A DNA stretch of 64,000 nucleotides, from assembly GCA_024650005.2 (NCBI GenBank), contig CP122380.1:1248001-1312000 (forward strand), written 5' to 3'. Both the position numbers and the translations under genes were made by a program. Under the pieces are notes generated by a model, which did not search any database, was not told where the DNA came from, and saw nothing but the letters and a program-made list of their open reading frames with translations. Origin of the DNA: Candidatus Bathyarchaeum tardum. GTDB lineage: Archaea; Thermoproteota; Bathyarchaeia; Bathyarchaeales; Bathyarchaeaceae. The first letter of the stretch is position 1; each line of letters opens with the position of its first letter. Below, piece by piece: positions 30,894 to 40,554 of this stretch.

Positions 30894-32591
30894 GTGATTA
30901 ATATAATATTAGAAAGTTTTTGGAAAACGGATACACTAAAGCAGAGATATGAAGCGATGAAAGTTGACGAAAATAAAATTTACGAAGTTTTAGATGAAAT
31001 TGGGTTATCAAAAAGAAAAGCTGATATTTACTTATTTTTAACACAGAAAGGGTTACAAAAAGCTCAAAGTATTGCTTCATATTTAGGCATAGATAGAGCT
31101 CAAACATATCGTTTACTTAAAAGTTTAAAAAATGAAGGAATTTTAGAGGAAACCATAGAAACTCCGTCACGTTACAATGCAATTCCAATAACTAATTTAC
31201 TTGAATCACATATCATAAACAAAAAAAGGGAAGTCGCCTCATTAGAAGAAGATAAAGAAAGCATAATAAATTATTGTAATTCACTTAATCGAAAAAAAAC
31301 TGCACCATCAGTAGCAAAATTTCAGGTAATAACAAATACAGATGGAGTTTACAAGAAAATTTCTCAAATGGTAGATGCCGCATCTAGCGATGTCTCAGCC
31401 CTAACAACAAGTACTGGATTAATTCATGAAGATGCATATGGTATTACTGATATGATAATGGCTTTTGGCAAAAAGAAAAAAAATATAAAATTTAGACTAC
31501 TGGCAAACATTACACAGGACAACTTAGAAATAGCAAAAAATATTCTAAAACATTTACCCCTTTCTCGTAATGTAATATGGAAACACACTTCAGTGGGTTC
31601 CAAACATTATCCCCGTTTTTTAATTAAAGATGATGAAGAAGTTTTGTTATATATGAACCAAAACGAAAAAAAATATGGATATTCGAAAGAAGTCAATGGG
31701 TTATGGGTTGCAAGCAAAATGTTTGTTTCAACTCTAAAAAGAGCTTTTGTGGATATTTGGAGTAATTCAGTCGATATCAATGATAGGATTAAAAATCTAG
31801 AAACAGGAGTACCATTAAAAGAAACTATTGTAATTAAGGACAGCATTGAAACGGGGAAAAAGATTCGAAAAATTCTTGAGAACGCTGAAAATGAAATTAC
31901 ATTGATTTCTTCATCTGTTGGAATAATAAAACTTGATGAAAACAATTTTCTTGAGAAATATTCCCAAGAAAAACTGAAGCTTCGCCTCATGGCGTCTATC
32001 GATTTTGATAACCTTAGTGCAGCAAAAAACCTTTCAAAAATATTCGAGGTCAAACATGTTTCCATAAATTATTTGACAATGATGATTGTTGACGGCAAAC
32101 ACTTGTTCATTTTTAAAGCTCCACCCCCAGACGTGGAAATAAAATATCCATTTTATTTCGCTGAAACCTTTTACTCTAATGATGAAAATTATGTGGAAAG
32201 AGTAAATGAACTAATAAATGAAATTTGGAAAAGAGGAACCGCAATTTCAGAGGTAGGTTCAGCAAATTCGTTTGGAGCTCCATTAGTTGAAGTTTCAGAA
32301 TCTATAATTACTCGTGATGTTATCAAAACTATGTTATCAAAAAATGCTGGAACAGTATTTGTAACTAGCGATAACAACATTATTGGACTAATTGGTCAAC
32401 GGGACATCTTAAACGCCATTATGACCACAGACATAGATAAAGTAAAAGCGAAGGAAATCATGTCTACTCCAATTATTACAATAAAGTCAAATCAATCATT
32501 GATTAACGCTTTAGATGCAATTGAAACAAAAAAATTTTCAAGACTTGCTGTAATGAAAAATGGACAACTTGTTGCGATGCTGTCAAATTAA
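30894..32591 (+). CDS. TrmB-family HTH regulator with duplicated effector domains and C-terminal CBS pair
   Basis: GLS...A.IYL.L wHTH, P.RY.A; two PLD-like repeats (RFLIKDDEEVL, MMIVDGKHLF); CBS (KEIMSTPII). The start may be ATG 30957. Confidence 0.85.
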   Translation: MINIILESFWKTDTLKQRYEAMKVDENKIYEVLDEIGLSKRKADIYLFLTQKGLQKAQSIASYLGIDRAQTYRLLKSLKNEGILEETIETPSRYNAIPITNLLESHIINKKREVASLEEDKESIINYCNSLNRKKTAPSVAKFQVITNTDGVYKKISQMVDAASSDVSALTTSTGLIHEDAYGITDMIMAFGKKKKNIKFRLLANITQDNLEIAKNILKHLPLSRNVIWKHTSVGSKHYPRFLIKDDEEVLLYMNQNEKKYGYSKEVNGLWVASKMFVSTLKRAFVDIWSNSVDINDRIKNLETGVPLKETIVIKDSIETGKKIRKILENAENEITLISSSVGIIKLDENNFLEKYSQEKLKLRLMASIDFDNLSAAKNLSKIFEVKHVSINYLTMMIVDGKHLFIFKAPPPDVEIKYPFYFAETFYSNDENYVERVNELINEIWKRGTAISEVGSANSFGAPLVEVSESIITRDVIKTMLSKNAGTVFVTSDNNIIGLIGQRDILNAIMTTDIDKVKAKEIMSTPIITIKSNQSLINALDAIETKKFSRLAVMKNGQLVAMLSN

Positions 32592-32768
32592 GTAATTTAT
32601 TTGTAGCTTTTTTACTATGTTTTAATTTTTAATTTTACAAGTTAATTTGTAAAAAGGTAAAATATGGAAAAGAAGTAGGGAGCAAATATTATGGAAGGAA
32701 TGAGAACCCCCTACCTCAATCCTAAATTTACTCCAAATACATCTTACGAAGTTTAAAATAAAAAAGTC

Positions 32769-32792
32769 TGCGAGTGTATAGTTGCAGTCACT
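32769..32792. promoter_or_regulatory. TGYGA-N14-TCRCA operator site
   Basis: TGCGA GTGTATAGTTGCAG TCACT. Confidence 0.45.
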
Positions 32793-33154
32793 AATCAGTT
32801 TAACCAAAAATCAATAAGTTAAACCGAAACAGTTAGGCAGATGGATAAGTAGCTGAATTGATCAAAATAAAACATAACTTTTCGATTGTCTGCTCTGGAA
32901 GGACAATTCACACACAAAAAATCAGGTGCATAATATTCATTCCTCAGATAGATGGGAAATGTTTGCTTGATAAGAGTTGAACTTCATTAAGAATATTAAA
33001 GAACAAAATAAGGGTTTTAGAAGATAAGAACCAATTCCCTGCCAAGGAATCCAGTCATATGATTTTTTTCTCAACTAAATTAGGTTCAAAATAATTAAAA
33101 TTAAGGATATTATTAGAATGAAAAAAAATATTTTGAAGAAAGAAATAAGCTCAA

Positions 33155-33328
33155 TTATATTCTATCGATATAAATTGGTTCGTCTAACAAACAATTGTTT
33201 TTACTGGAACATAAGAGCTGGAGATATCTTCTTCTCGCCCTTGATCGTTCTCGTCCTTTGAAGTAGACAATTTTTTTTTCCATTTGCTCAACTTGAGCTT
33301 TAATTTTATTTCTGTCATTTGCAATCAT
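33155..33328 (-). CDS. Putative 57-aa small protein downstream of the Cys-rich peptide
   Basis: Manual translation: MIANDRNKIKAQVEQMEKKIVYFKGRERSRARRRYLQLLCSSKNNCLLDEPIYIDRI. Confidence 0.3.
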   Translation of the reverse strand: MIANDRNKIKAQVEQMEKKIVYFKGRERSRARRRYLQLLCSSKNNCLLDEPIYIDRI

Positions 33329-33355
33329 GATATTTTAACAACACACCAAGTTTGA

Positions 33356-33487
33356 TTAGCAACAGCACATCACTTCATCGCAACACATTAGCGGCCCTGC
33401 ACTGGGAGTTGTGCATACAATTTCACAACCACAAATATCACAAACATAACAGCAATTTTTGTCTGCTTTATCCATTTTTTCAGACAT
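33356..33487 (-). CDS. 43-aa Cys-rich peptide (desulforedoxin/metallothionein-like)
   Basis: GAGGTGA RBS; MSEKMDKADKNCCYVCDICGCEIVCTTPSAGPLMCCDEVMCCC (11 Cys). Confidence 0.75.
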   Translation of the reverse strand: MSEKMDKADKNCCYVCDICGCEIVCTTPSAGPLMCCDEVMCCC

Positions 33488-33542
33488 TTTATCACCTCTT
33501 AGAATTACAATATCATGATGGAGAAAAAAATTATTATCACTA

Positions 33543-33566
33543 TGTGATAGTGAGAGGTCACTCACA
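33543..33566. promoter_or_regulatory. TGYGA-N14-TCRCA operator site
   Basis: TGTGA TAGTGAGAGGTCAC TCACA, upstream of GGTTTAAA in a divergent promoter. Confidence 0.55.
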
Positions 33567-33638
33567 TTGGTTTAAATTAAGTTTTTTCTAATATTTAACA
33601 ACAATACAATATTTTTGCTACATTAAGGAGGAATATAT

Positions 33639-34568
33639 TTGAATATGAATAAAAAAAAGCGAATCTCGGTAGTTGTACTAACTCTTTCGGTAACTTTGAT
33701 ATTAGCTTCCATTTCATTGACTTTGGCACAAGACAACGAAGCTACAATAGTGATTTTGCCCTCAGCAGGAGGTAACACAAGTCCAGCGCCAGGAACTTAC
33801 GTTTATCCAGAAGACACAGAAATCACTTTAGAAGCCACACCAGATGATGGGTTCCGATTCTTGTTTTGGGTTGTTTCAGGTGAGTTCACTCCGAATCAAA
33901 GTGGAGAAGGAAGCCCAAATGAAATAATAATTGATGGTGAACCCATACCAATTATTAGATTCCCTACAATAGACTTTCTCACATTCACTAATAATCCGGC
34001 ACAAATAACTTGTGGATTTGGTTACACTTACGAATATCAAGCAGTCTTTGTACCAATAGTTTCTGGAATAGAACAACCGGATCCATTAATTTTCGATCCA
34101 TTAGATACGTTTGGGAACTTCCCAATGTCTTCCAGTGACATCAGTTTTGTGAGTGTTTCTTCAACTGTAGGCGGATTAACAAACCCTGACGTTGGAAATT
34201 ACATATTTGGACAAAATGCTGAACCAACATTAACACTAAGCGCAACGCCAAACGAAGGCTATGAATTCCAATATTGGATAGTTACTGGAGACTATATGCC
34301 AGGACATGGAGCTGGTCCAGCTTTAGACACAAATGTTATACCTGTGAATCCTCTGGAAGTCAGTCACGGAATGGGACACTCATATAACTATGAAGCAGTG
34401 TTCACTCCGATTGATATGGACACAGGAGAACCCCAACAACCTGTTGATGAAACTCATCCTTTCGGCTTATCATCTGAAATTTTGACTGCGTTAATCATAA
34501 TACTTGTCATAGCAGTGATCGTTGCAATAGCCTTCGGACTATACATGTATAGCAAAAGAAGCAAATAG
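33639..34568 (+). CDS. Membrane-anchored surface protein with two InlB-B-like beta-grasp repeats
   Basis: Signal peptide; two GG.T.P..G.Y...L.ATP..G..F.YW...Y.Y.AVF.P repeats; C-terminal TM plus basic tail. Confidence 0.75.
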   Translation: MNMNKKKRISVVVLTLSVTLILASISLTLAQDNEATIVILPSAGGNTSPAPGTYVYPEDTEITLEATPDDGFRFLFWVVSGEFTPNQSGEGSPNEIIIDGEPIPIIRFPTIDFLTFTNNPAQITCGFGYTYEYQAVFVPIVSGIEQPDPLIFDPLDTFGNFPMSSSDISFVSVSSTVGGLTNPDVGNYIFGQNAEPTLTLSATPNEGYEFQYWIVTGDYMPGHGAGPALDTNVIPVNPLEVSHGMGHSYNYEAVFTPIDMDTGEPQQPVDETHPFGLSSEILTALIIILVIAVIVAIAFGLYMYSKRSK

Positions 34569-34757
34569 AAAAAAAAAATAACGTAAACCGGAAAAGTTGA
34601 GATTCCCCCTTTTTTTCTCTTTTTTAATATATAATAATTTAAAATTCTTACAAAAAACAAATTTCTAATTATTTTCAGTGTAATCAAAACCTACGATTAT
34701 TAAGCATATCGTAACATTGTTCAAAAGCTAAATTTTGAACAATATTAGCCTTATTCT

Positions 34758-35279
34758 TTATTCATCTGACCATTTTTCAAATTTTAACAATTCTGTTAAA
34801 GGCAACCGTTTTTTCTCAGATATTACCTGCTCTGAAGGGTAACCTAAAAGCATTAGTGCGATAACTCGAACTTTATCAAGAATATCAAAAATTTCTTTAA
34901 GTCTATTTTCATTAAAACCACTTATCCAACAAGTACTAACCCCATATTCGAGCGCTGCCAAACTCAAATGATCTAACGCAATCGCCACATCTATAACATA
35001 GCAGGGTTGACCACAACTCATTATTGGTCCACTTGATTTTGCAAAAGCAACAACGACGACAGGAGCTTCAGCAACAAATTGTTGAGTTTTTGCTTCCTCA
35101 ACCAATTTATGTGTAGTCTCAGAATTTTTAATGATTACAAACCGCCACTCTTGACGATTAAACGCTGAAGGTGCAAACCTAATTGCGTCTAAAATCGTAA
35201 TCAATTTGTTACTGTCAATTTTTTTATCTGAAAATTTTCTCACACTTCTTCTGGACTTTATCGCTTCGATTATATCCAT
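34758..35279 (-). CDS. Nitroreductase family protein
   Basis: RRSVRKF, APSA.N.Q.W.F, G...CW, LGYP. Confidence 0.92.
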   Translation of the reverse strand: MDIIEAIKSRRSVRKFSDKKIDSNKLITILDAIRFAPSAFNRQEWRFVIIKNSETTHKLVEEAKTQQFVAEAPVVVVAFAKSSGPIMSCGQPCYVIDVAIALDHLSLAALEYGVSTCWISGFNENRLKEIFDILDKVRVIALMLLGYPSEQVISEKKRLPLTELLKFEKWSDE

Positions 35280-35416
35280 AAAATTTTGCTCCTGTTAACT
35301 TCAACTTTTATCTAATTCAAACTAAATTTTTTGATTAACTGATTTGAACGATGTTATTATTTTTCCATTTTTCAAAAAATGGTTTCATAAAAAATGAAAA
35401 TGCAAAGAAACAATCT

Positions 35417-35764
35417 CTATATTGATGGTGTATTCTTAGCCGATGCTTCTGCACATTCAATAGCGCTAGTCATCGCTTCTCTTAGGATTTCTTTTCCTTT
35501 TTCATAAGACATTATCTCATGAACTGTACTAGTACAATATGGAGCATACATGCTAACATACTTGAAAACTTGTTCAGAAGATCCCTCAGCAATTGCATAT
35601 CCTGCCTTGCTTTCAAGGAAAAATCCATAATCTTTCAACATTCCACTTTTCACACGTTTATCTATTGACATCCAAATATGATCCATAAATTTTCTATATT
35701 CTTTAGATTCTTTCGGAAATGGTGCCGCCAAATTTGTACACCATAGTATCAAAAATTTTCCCAT
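35417..35764 (-). CDS. Hypothetical protein (DUF3303-like ferredoxin-fold)
   Basis: MGKFLILW...G.LKDYG.F....GYAI.E pattern. Confidence 0.6.
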   Translation of the reverse strand: MGKFLILWCTNLAAPFPKESKEYRKFMDHIWMSIDKRVKSGMLKDYGFFLESKAGYAIAEGSSEQVFKYVSMYAPYCTSTVHEIMSYEKGKEILREAMTSAIECAEASAKNTPSI

Positions 35765-36005
35765 TTTTTCACATCCAAGAGGTCAACTAACAAGTAGGTC
35801 CCAATAATTACTGATTAAAATTAAAAAAAAAATAAAACAATGCGTGTGTGTATACCATCACAGATTTGTTTTATCCGAAAAGTGGACCATTAGATGAAAT
35901 GACATTATTGCAAAAAGCGGAAAGGAATCTAAATCCAATAATTAGTACAACTACTTTCTTACTTTTTTATTTATGATCAATCAAAAATTTTTAATATTTT
36001 TCTAT

Positions 36006-37439
36006 TCATCTCCTTATTGCATCCCACAATCCATTGAAATTATCTTTTATTGAGCGAACTAAAGTGTGATTAATTTCTTTGGGATCTTCAATGGTCATTA
36101 ATCTATGAATTCTAAAATAGATTGGGGGATGGGGATCCCATCTAATCCAACTTTGAACCTTGTAAGCAGAAACGTCTTGAAACTGTAATCGGCTAAATCC
36201 AATTTTTTCCAACGCTTCAGCAAGGACTTTAGGTTGACCAATTTTAACAGCTGTATCCAAGTCTGCGCGGCCTTCAAAAAATTTGGCAATAAAATATAGT
36301 GAAGAAAGTGAAAGAAAAAGATAGATATATGCAAACCAGAAAAAGGAGGTGAATAAATTCAGGAATAAATAAATTCGAAGCAAATATTCTGAGGTTGTTA
36401 AACCTAACAAAACTAAAGGATCTTGATTTACCAGGTGACTAAACTCGTGTCCAATCACATTTAGAATTTCATCTTCTTGAAGTTGAACCAACAAGCCAGT
36501 AGTGATTAATGTAACTCCTCTTTTTGGACTTGGACCTGTTGCAGCAGCATTTGGGACAGTAGTGTTGGCCAGAACTATTTTTGGTATAGGCGCATTGAAT
36601 TTTTTTGCAACGTTTTCAACGATTTGATAAACATTTATCTTTTTTGTTGACATGTTTTGCGGGTAACAGGTTATTCCATATTTTGAAAAGACTTCATGAG
36701 CAATTTCACACGTTAGAGATTTTCTTAAACCTAGAGTTTTTTGATATATTTCAGACTTTATTGTTACAAATTCTTGGGCACTAAATCTTTGTTTGATTTT
36801 TTGATAATCATCTACTGGAAGATGATATTGAAACAGGTGAACGTTTGGATTCGCAGCAGATATTTGCCAATCTCCAGCTTTTGCTATTAGTTTATCCGAA
36901 AACAAAAATAAAGCAAATTGAAGAACTATTAAAATAATTACTGCATAAAATCCAAACAATAAAAATAGAAAAATACTGATTGTTATAGAAATAATAAAAA
37001 ATATATACATACCACTTGAGAAAATTCGCCCTAGAATACTCTTTTTCATTTGCATCTCTTTTTCAGGTTTGATTTCATCCCCATCCACATAAGCAAAATA
37101 TAACGTAGTTTTTCTTACGGTCTCTTCAAATAATTGAATTGATACCAAAATGTCTTTTTTCACTTGATTTACTAAATCTTCAGAAACTTCTTCGACGACA
37201 GGAATTATTTCCAGTTTGATTATTTCTTTTGCCGTAATTCTTACTTCAAAAATAGCTTCATGCTGATGTCCTACAACGGTAAATGAAAGGTGATTGATTT
37301 CATCAAAAGACATATTCAGATTTGTGAATTGGTTTCTATTTGGGAGAACGCATTTTTGATTAATGAATTTTAGCATATTTTTAAAAAAAGCTGGAGTAAT
37401 TTCAGATGTTACTTCTACTGAAACTGGTTTTGAAAGCAT
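36006..37439 (-). CDS. M48/HtpX family zinc metalloprotease with long N-terminal extension
   Basis: PNAAATG, ITTGLL, GHEFSH, FE.RAD, HPP...R. Confidence 0.88.
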   Translation of the reverse strand: MLSKPVSVEVTSEITPAFFKNMLKFINQKCVLPNRNQFTNLNMSFDEINHLSFTVVGHQHEAIFEVRITAKEIIKLEIIPVVEEVSEDLVNQVKKDILVSIQLFEETVRKTTLYFAYVDGDEIKPEKEMQMKKSILGRIFSSGMYIFFIISITISIFLFLLFGFYAVIILIVLQFALFLFSDKLIAKAGDWQISAANPNVHLFQYHLPVDDYQKIKQRFSAQEFVTIKSEIYQKTLGLRKSLTCEIAHEVFSKYGITCYPQNMSTKKINVYQIVENVAKKFNAPIPKIVLANTTVPNAAATGPSPKRGVTLITTGLLVQLQEDEILNVIGHEFSHLVNQDPLVLLGLTTSEYLLRIYLFLNLFTSFFWFAYIYLFLSLSSLYFIAKFFEGRADLDTAVKIGQPKVLAEALEKIGFSRLQFQDVSAYKVQSWIRWDPHPPIYFRIHRLMTIEDPKEINHTLVRSIKDNFNGLWDAIRR

Positions 37440-37727
37440 TACAATGTTACCTTTAATTTATTTTTTATGGCGTCACAGTGGTTGCTAATTCGAAACCTTG
37501 TATGCTTACAATATGTAATTGGTTATACAAATTGTTTTTCGAATTTTTTAGAGTAATTTGGAAATTAAGTATCTATTCAATTAAAAATAATGTAATTAAA
37601 AATCTGAATATGTATTATTATTTCAAAAATAATGCTTGTCTTTACCATCACTATTATAATAGTGTGTGAATTATTCTCAAGGCATAAGGCAATATTTTTT
37701 ATATTCGTTGCACCCATAAAATAATTC

Positions 37728-37952
37728 ATGTCATTTTTTTTAATTGGTTCTCTGGGATTAATCGGGATTCTTTGTTTGTTTTTATTATTTATTATCGGAA
37801 TATTTGTCATTATTTTTATTGCAAAAGTATTTTTCTTTATTTTACCTGCTGGAATAATCGCTCTAGTTGTTTGGTGGCTCACCGGAGGAAATGAATTACT
37901 AACAGGAATAGCTTTTCTGGTAGTTGCAATATTATCATTAACTAGAAGATAA
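37728..37952 (+). CDS. Small hydrophobic membrane protein
   Basis: 74 aa, three hydrophobic segments, basic C-terminus. Confidence 0.6.
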   Translation: MSFFLIGSLGLIGILCLFLLFIIGIFVIIFIAKVFFFILPAGIIALVVWWLTGGNELLTGIAFLVVAILSLTRR

Positions 37953-38031
37953 AAAACCTAGAAATTTCTAAAATTATTCTTGTTTTTAGTTATGTTTCCA
38001 TAGTAACATCTAGTTATTTTTTAATGAAACT

Positions 38032-38367
38032 CTACATTTGATGTGTACCGTGATCATGTTTGCCGTACGAAGGATCTGCAATGGCAGCTTTTTGTTCTTT
38101 TTCTAGACCTCTTGTGCAATAGTATGCAGTTAAAAAGTTCATTTTTTCATAAATTGGACAAAGTCCACATTTACAACCATGTTCAGCTAATTTTTTGCTT
38201 TTTCCATGGGTAGAAAAACAATAAGCAATATAATCGTCTTTTTTTCCGTAGGCTTTGTATGTTGGACAAGTTGGACAGATACACATGGAATTGAACATTT
38301 CTTCTTTGTTTTTCATGTCTGAAGATGTTTCATTTTTATCCAAAAATAAAACCCCTATAATATTCAA
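38032..38367 (-). CDS. DUF2769 family Cys-rich protein
   Basis: CICPTCPTY...YC...GKS...GCKCGLCP...YYC..G. Confidence 0.8.
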   Translation of the reverse strand: MNIIGVLFLDKNETSSDMKNKEEMFNSMCICPTCPTYKAYGKKDDYIAYCFSTHGKSKKLAEHGCKCGLCPIYEKMNFLTAYYCTRGLEKEQKAAIADPSYGKHDHGTHQM

Positions 38368-38564
38368 TATTGACTGGTTCTAATGCAATAATGATAACCA
38401 TTAATATTTTTAAATGCAGGACAACTTTTGTTTAAGCATCCATTTCTCCATCTATCCTCGCATTGAACCTCTTGAATTCGACGATTTCTAAAATTCATAT
38501 TTACTTCTAATTCAGGGAAATCAACGAAATTTTGACTTAATTCAGAAAGTTCCAATAACATCAC
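38364..38564 (-). CDS. Small hypothetical protein with four Cys
   Basis: 66-aa ORF downstream of an operator site; stop overlaps the DUF2769 ORF start. Confidence 0.4.
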   Translation of the reverse strand: MMLLELSELSQNFVDFPELEVNMNFRNRRIQEVQCEDRWRNGCLNKSCPAFKNINGYHYCIRTSQY

Positions 38565-38632
38565 CCATTATTTTTCACAATTTAATGTATTTTCGTGAAA
38601 AAGAATTATGTTAATTTAATAATTTAATATAA

Positions 38633-38656
38633 TGCGATTGCAAATATACAATCGCA
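38633..38656. promoter_or_regulatory. TGYGA-N14-TCRCA operator (perfect 8-8-8 palindrome)
   Basis: TGCGATTG CAAATATA CAATCGCA. Confidence 0.6.
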
Positions 38657-38849
38657 AATTTTTTTAACAAAGAATTTATTGCCAAAGTTAATTTAAGAAA
38701 AAAATTACACTTTTTTCATTTTGGAGCTTAAGGTATTTTGCTATTTCGTCTTTAAGCGCTTTTTCTGCAATAAGCGTTTTTGACAGGTGTAAAAGTATTA
38801 TATAAAATAAAATAAGATAGGTCGGAGGCACCATTTGCCTCCTGTTAGT

Positions 38850-40049
38850 TTATTGCGACAAAATTTCGTCGAAGGTCATCATTGTTACTTTCAAAGGTTG
38901 CTTTTTCATTGCAGTTGAGATCCGTGCAGCTACTAGATAGCTGATGTTTCGTTCTGAAGCAATGTCAACAAGTCTTTGAGTAATCACGCCGTCAAATACA
39001 ACAATATCTACATCTTTCATTTGTTGAAGTTTTTCAGCAAGTTCCCGAACAGGTAAACGTGCTACTTGGTTCATCTCTTTGTCAAGAAGCACTCCTTCTA
39101 GGGTACCTCCTAACTGTTGAGCAGCTTCAACTATCTGTTTTGGAACAATTTTCTTAATGCGCTCTTTCTTTTTGACTGGACCATCAACAGGTGCTTGAAC
39201 CGTAGGTTTAACCGTAGTTTTTACTGGACTTTTGCTTTTTTCGATTGGAACTTTGGTTTTTAGTGCTTTTTCAATTTCTTTAAAGGTAAGATTTTCTACT
39301 TCTTTGCCTCGGGGTGCGCGTGCAACATATTTGATGTTAGCTACTTGTTTGAGTTCTTTTAGTATAAGGTCTCCACCGCGGTCACCATCTAGGAAAGCGA
39401 TTGCTTCACGTTCGCGACAAAGTTTAATTATGCTTTGTGGGATTTTTGCCCCTTCAACAGCTATTGTATTTTGTATTCCTGCACGTAGTAGTGTAATTAC
39501 GTCTGCTCTTCCTTCTACGACGATTATTTGTTTTGCACTGTTGATTTCAGGTCCAGCAGTTAATCCTTCAGGCCCATAACTTTCGAGTCGTTGAAGCCGT
39601 AACATTTCAGAAACTTCTCTAAAAATTTCGTCAGTACCAGGCATTGTTTCAACAGTCCATTTTTGGAGAACGTCTTTGGCACGGTCAATGATTATTCGCC
39701 GTCTAGCGTCACGAATGTCTTCAATTTTATTTAGAATAACTGATGCTTTACATGGACCTACACGGTCAATGCTTTCTATACTAGCTGCGATAATCGCTGT
39801 TGAAACACGATCTAAGCTAGTTGGAATATTAATTTTTCCAGTTGTTTTATCTTGTTTTGAATCTAAACTTATTTCTATTCTTCCGATTCTACCAGATTTC
39901 TGTAGTTCCCGGAGGTCGAGTTCTGGTCCAAACAATCCTTCTGTTTGCCCAAATAATGCCCCGATCACATCCGGCTTTTCAACTACTCCCTCCACTTCGA
40001 ACCGGGCTCGAATAACATACTTTATCGTAACAGTTTGTGCTGATTTCGT
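38850..40049 (-). CDS. dnaG: Archaeal DnaG (exosome-associated primase-like protein)
   Basis: KYVIRARFEVEGVVEKPDVIGALFGQTEGL, TOPRIM VEGRADV / DGDRGG, FDGVITQR. The conserved N-terminus extends upstream of the tracked GTG to an ACG behind GAGGTGA. Confidence 0.93.
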   Translation of the reverse strand, partial: TKSAQTVTIKYVIRARFEVEGVVEKPDVIGALFGQTEGLFGPELDLRELQKSGRIGRIEISLDSKQDKTTGKINIPTSLDRVSTAIIAASIESIDRVGPCKASVILNKIEDIRDARRRIIIDRAKDVLQKWTVETMPGTDEIFREVSEMLRLQRLESYGPEGLTAGPEINSAKQIIVVEGRADVITLLRAGIQNTIAVEGAKIPQSIIKLCREREAIAFLDGDRGGDLILKELKQVANIKYVARAPRGKEVENLTFKEIEKALKTKVPIEKSKSPVKTTVKPTVQAPVDGPVKKKERIKKIVPKQIVEAAQQLGGTLEGVLLDKEMNQVARLPVRELAEKLQQMKDVDIVVFDGVITQRLVDIASERNISYLVAARISTAMKKQPLKVTMMTFDEILSQ

Positions 40050-40150
40050 TTTGAGTCACCTCAATCATGATAATATAATCTCCATTAAAACTGAGACTAC
40101 AGGTTGAATTAACAGGTCAGTGTCTATTATACTTTGCGACATGAAGTTAA

Positions 40151-40549
40151 CTATTTAAAGTGTTCAACGTAACTAGCTAAACCTTCAATATCTTTCACAT
40201 CGCGACCAACTAGACCCAAAAACATTTTCCAAAAAACAAGATTCGGAGTTATTTTCATCTCTTCTAAACAACGAGCTAACCGGTTAGTCCATTCCTTTCC
40301 GCGCCTATCGAAATCAAACAACAGAATTATTTCCCTTTTACTTGTTTTTTCGATTTCGTCTTGAACATCTAAAAACGATTTTCCAGATGTTTTAGCTAAA
40401 ACTAATTCTCCAGATATTCCTAGCCGACGTAAAGCATCAACATCATTTTTGCCTTCAACAACAATTGGAATGCCCTTTGCAGACTTTTGTTCCAGCCGGT
40501 CCAGTAGATTCTGAATTTTTTCTAACCGTTTTTCAGTTTTTGTTGACAA
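40151..40549 (-). CDS. Small TOPRIM domain protein (RNase M5-like, UPF0292)
   Basis: IVVEGKNDV.AL, DFDRRG, KDIEGL. Confidence 0.88.
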   Translation of the reverse strand: MSTKTEKRLEKIQNLLDRLEQKSAKGIPIVVEGKNDVDALRRLGISGELVLAKTSGKSFLDVQDEIEKTSKREIILLFDFDRRGKEWTNRLARCLEEMKITPNLVFWKMFLGLVGRDVKDIEGLASYVEHFK

Positions 40550-40554
40550 TTAAT

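Noticed and set aside
33535-33549. TATCAC-N3-GTGATA as a Thermococcales TGM (TrmBL1) site
   Set aside because: The spacer is 3 rather than 5, it occurs once, and it overlaps the better-supported N14 motif.
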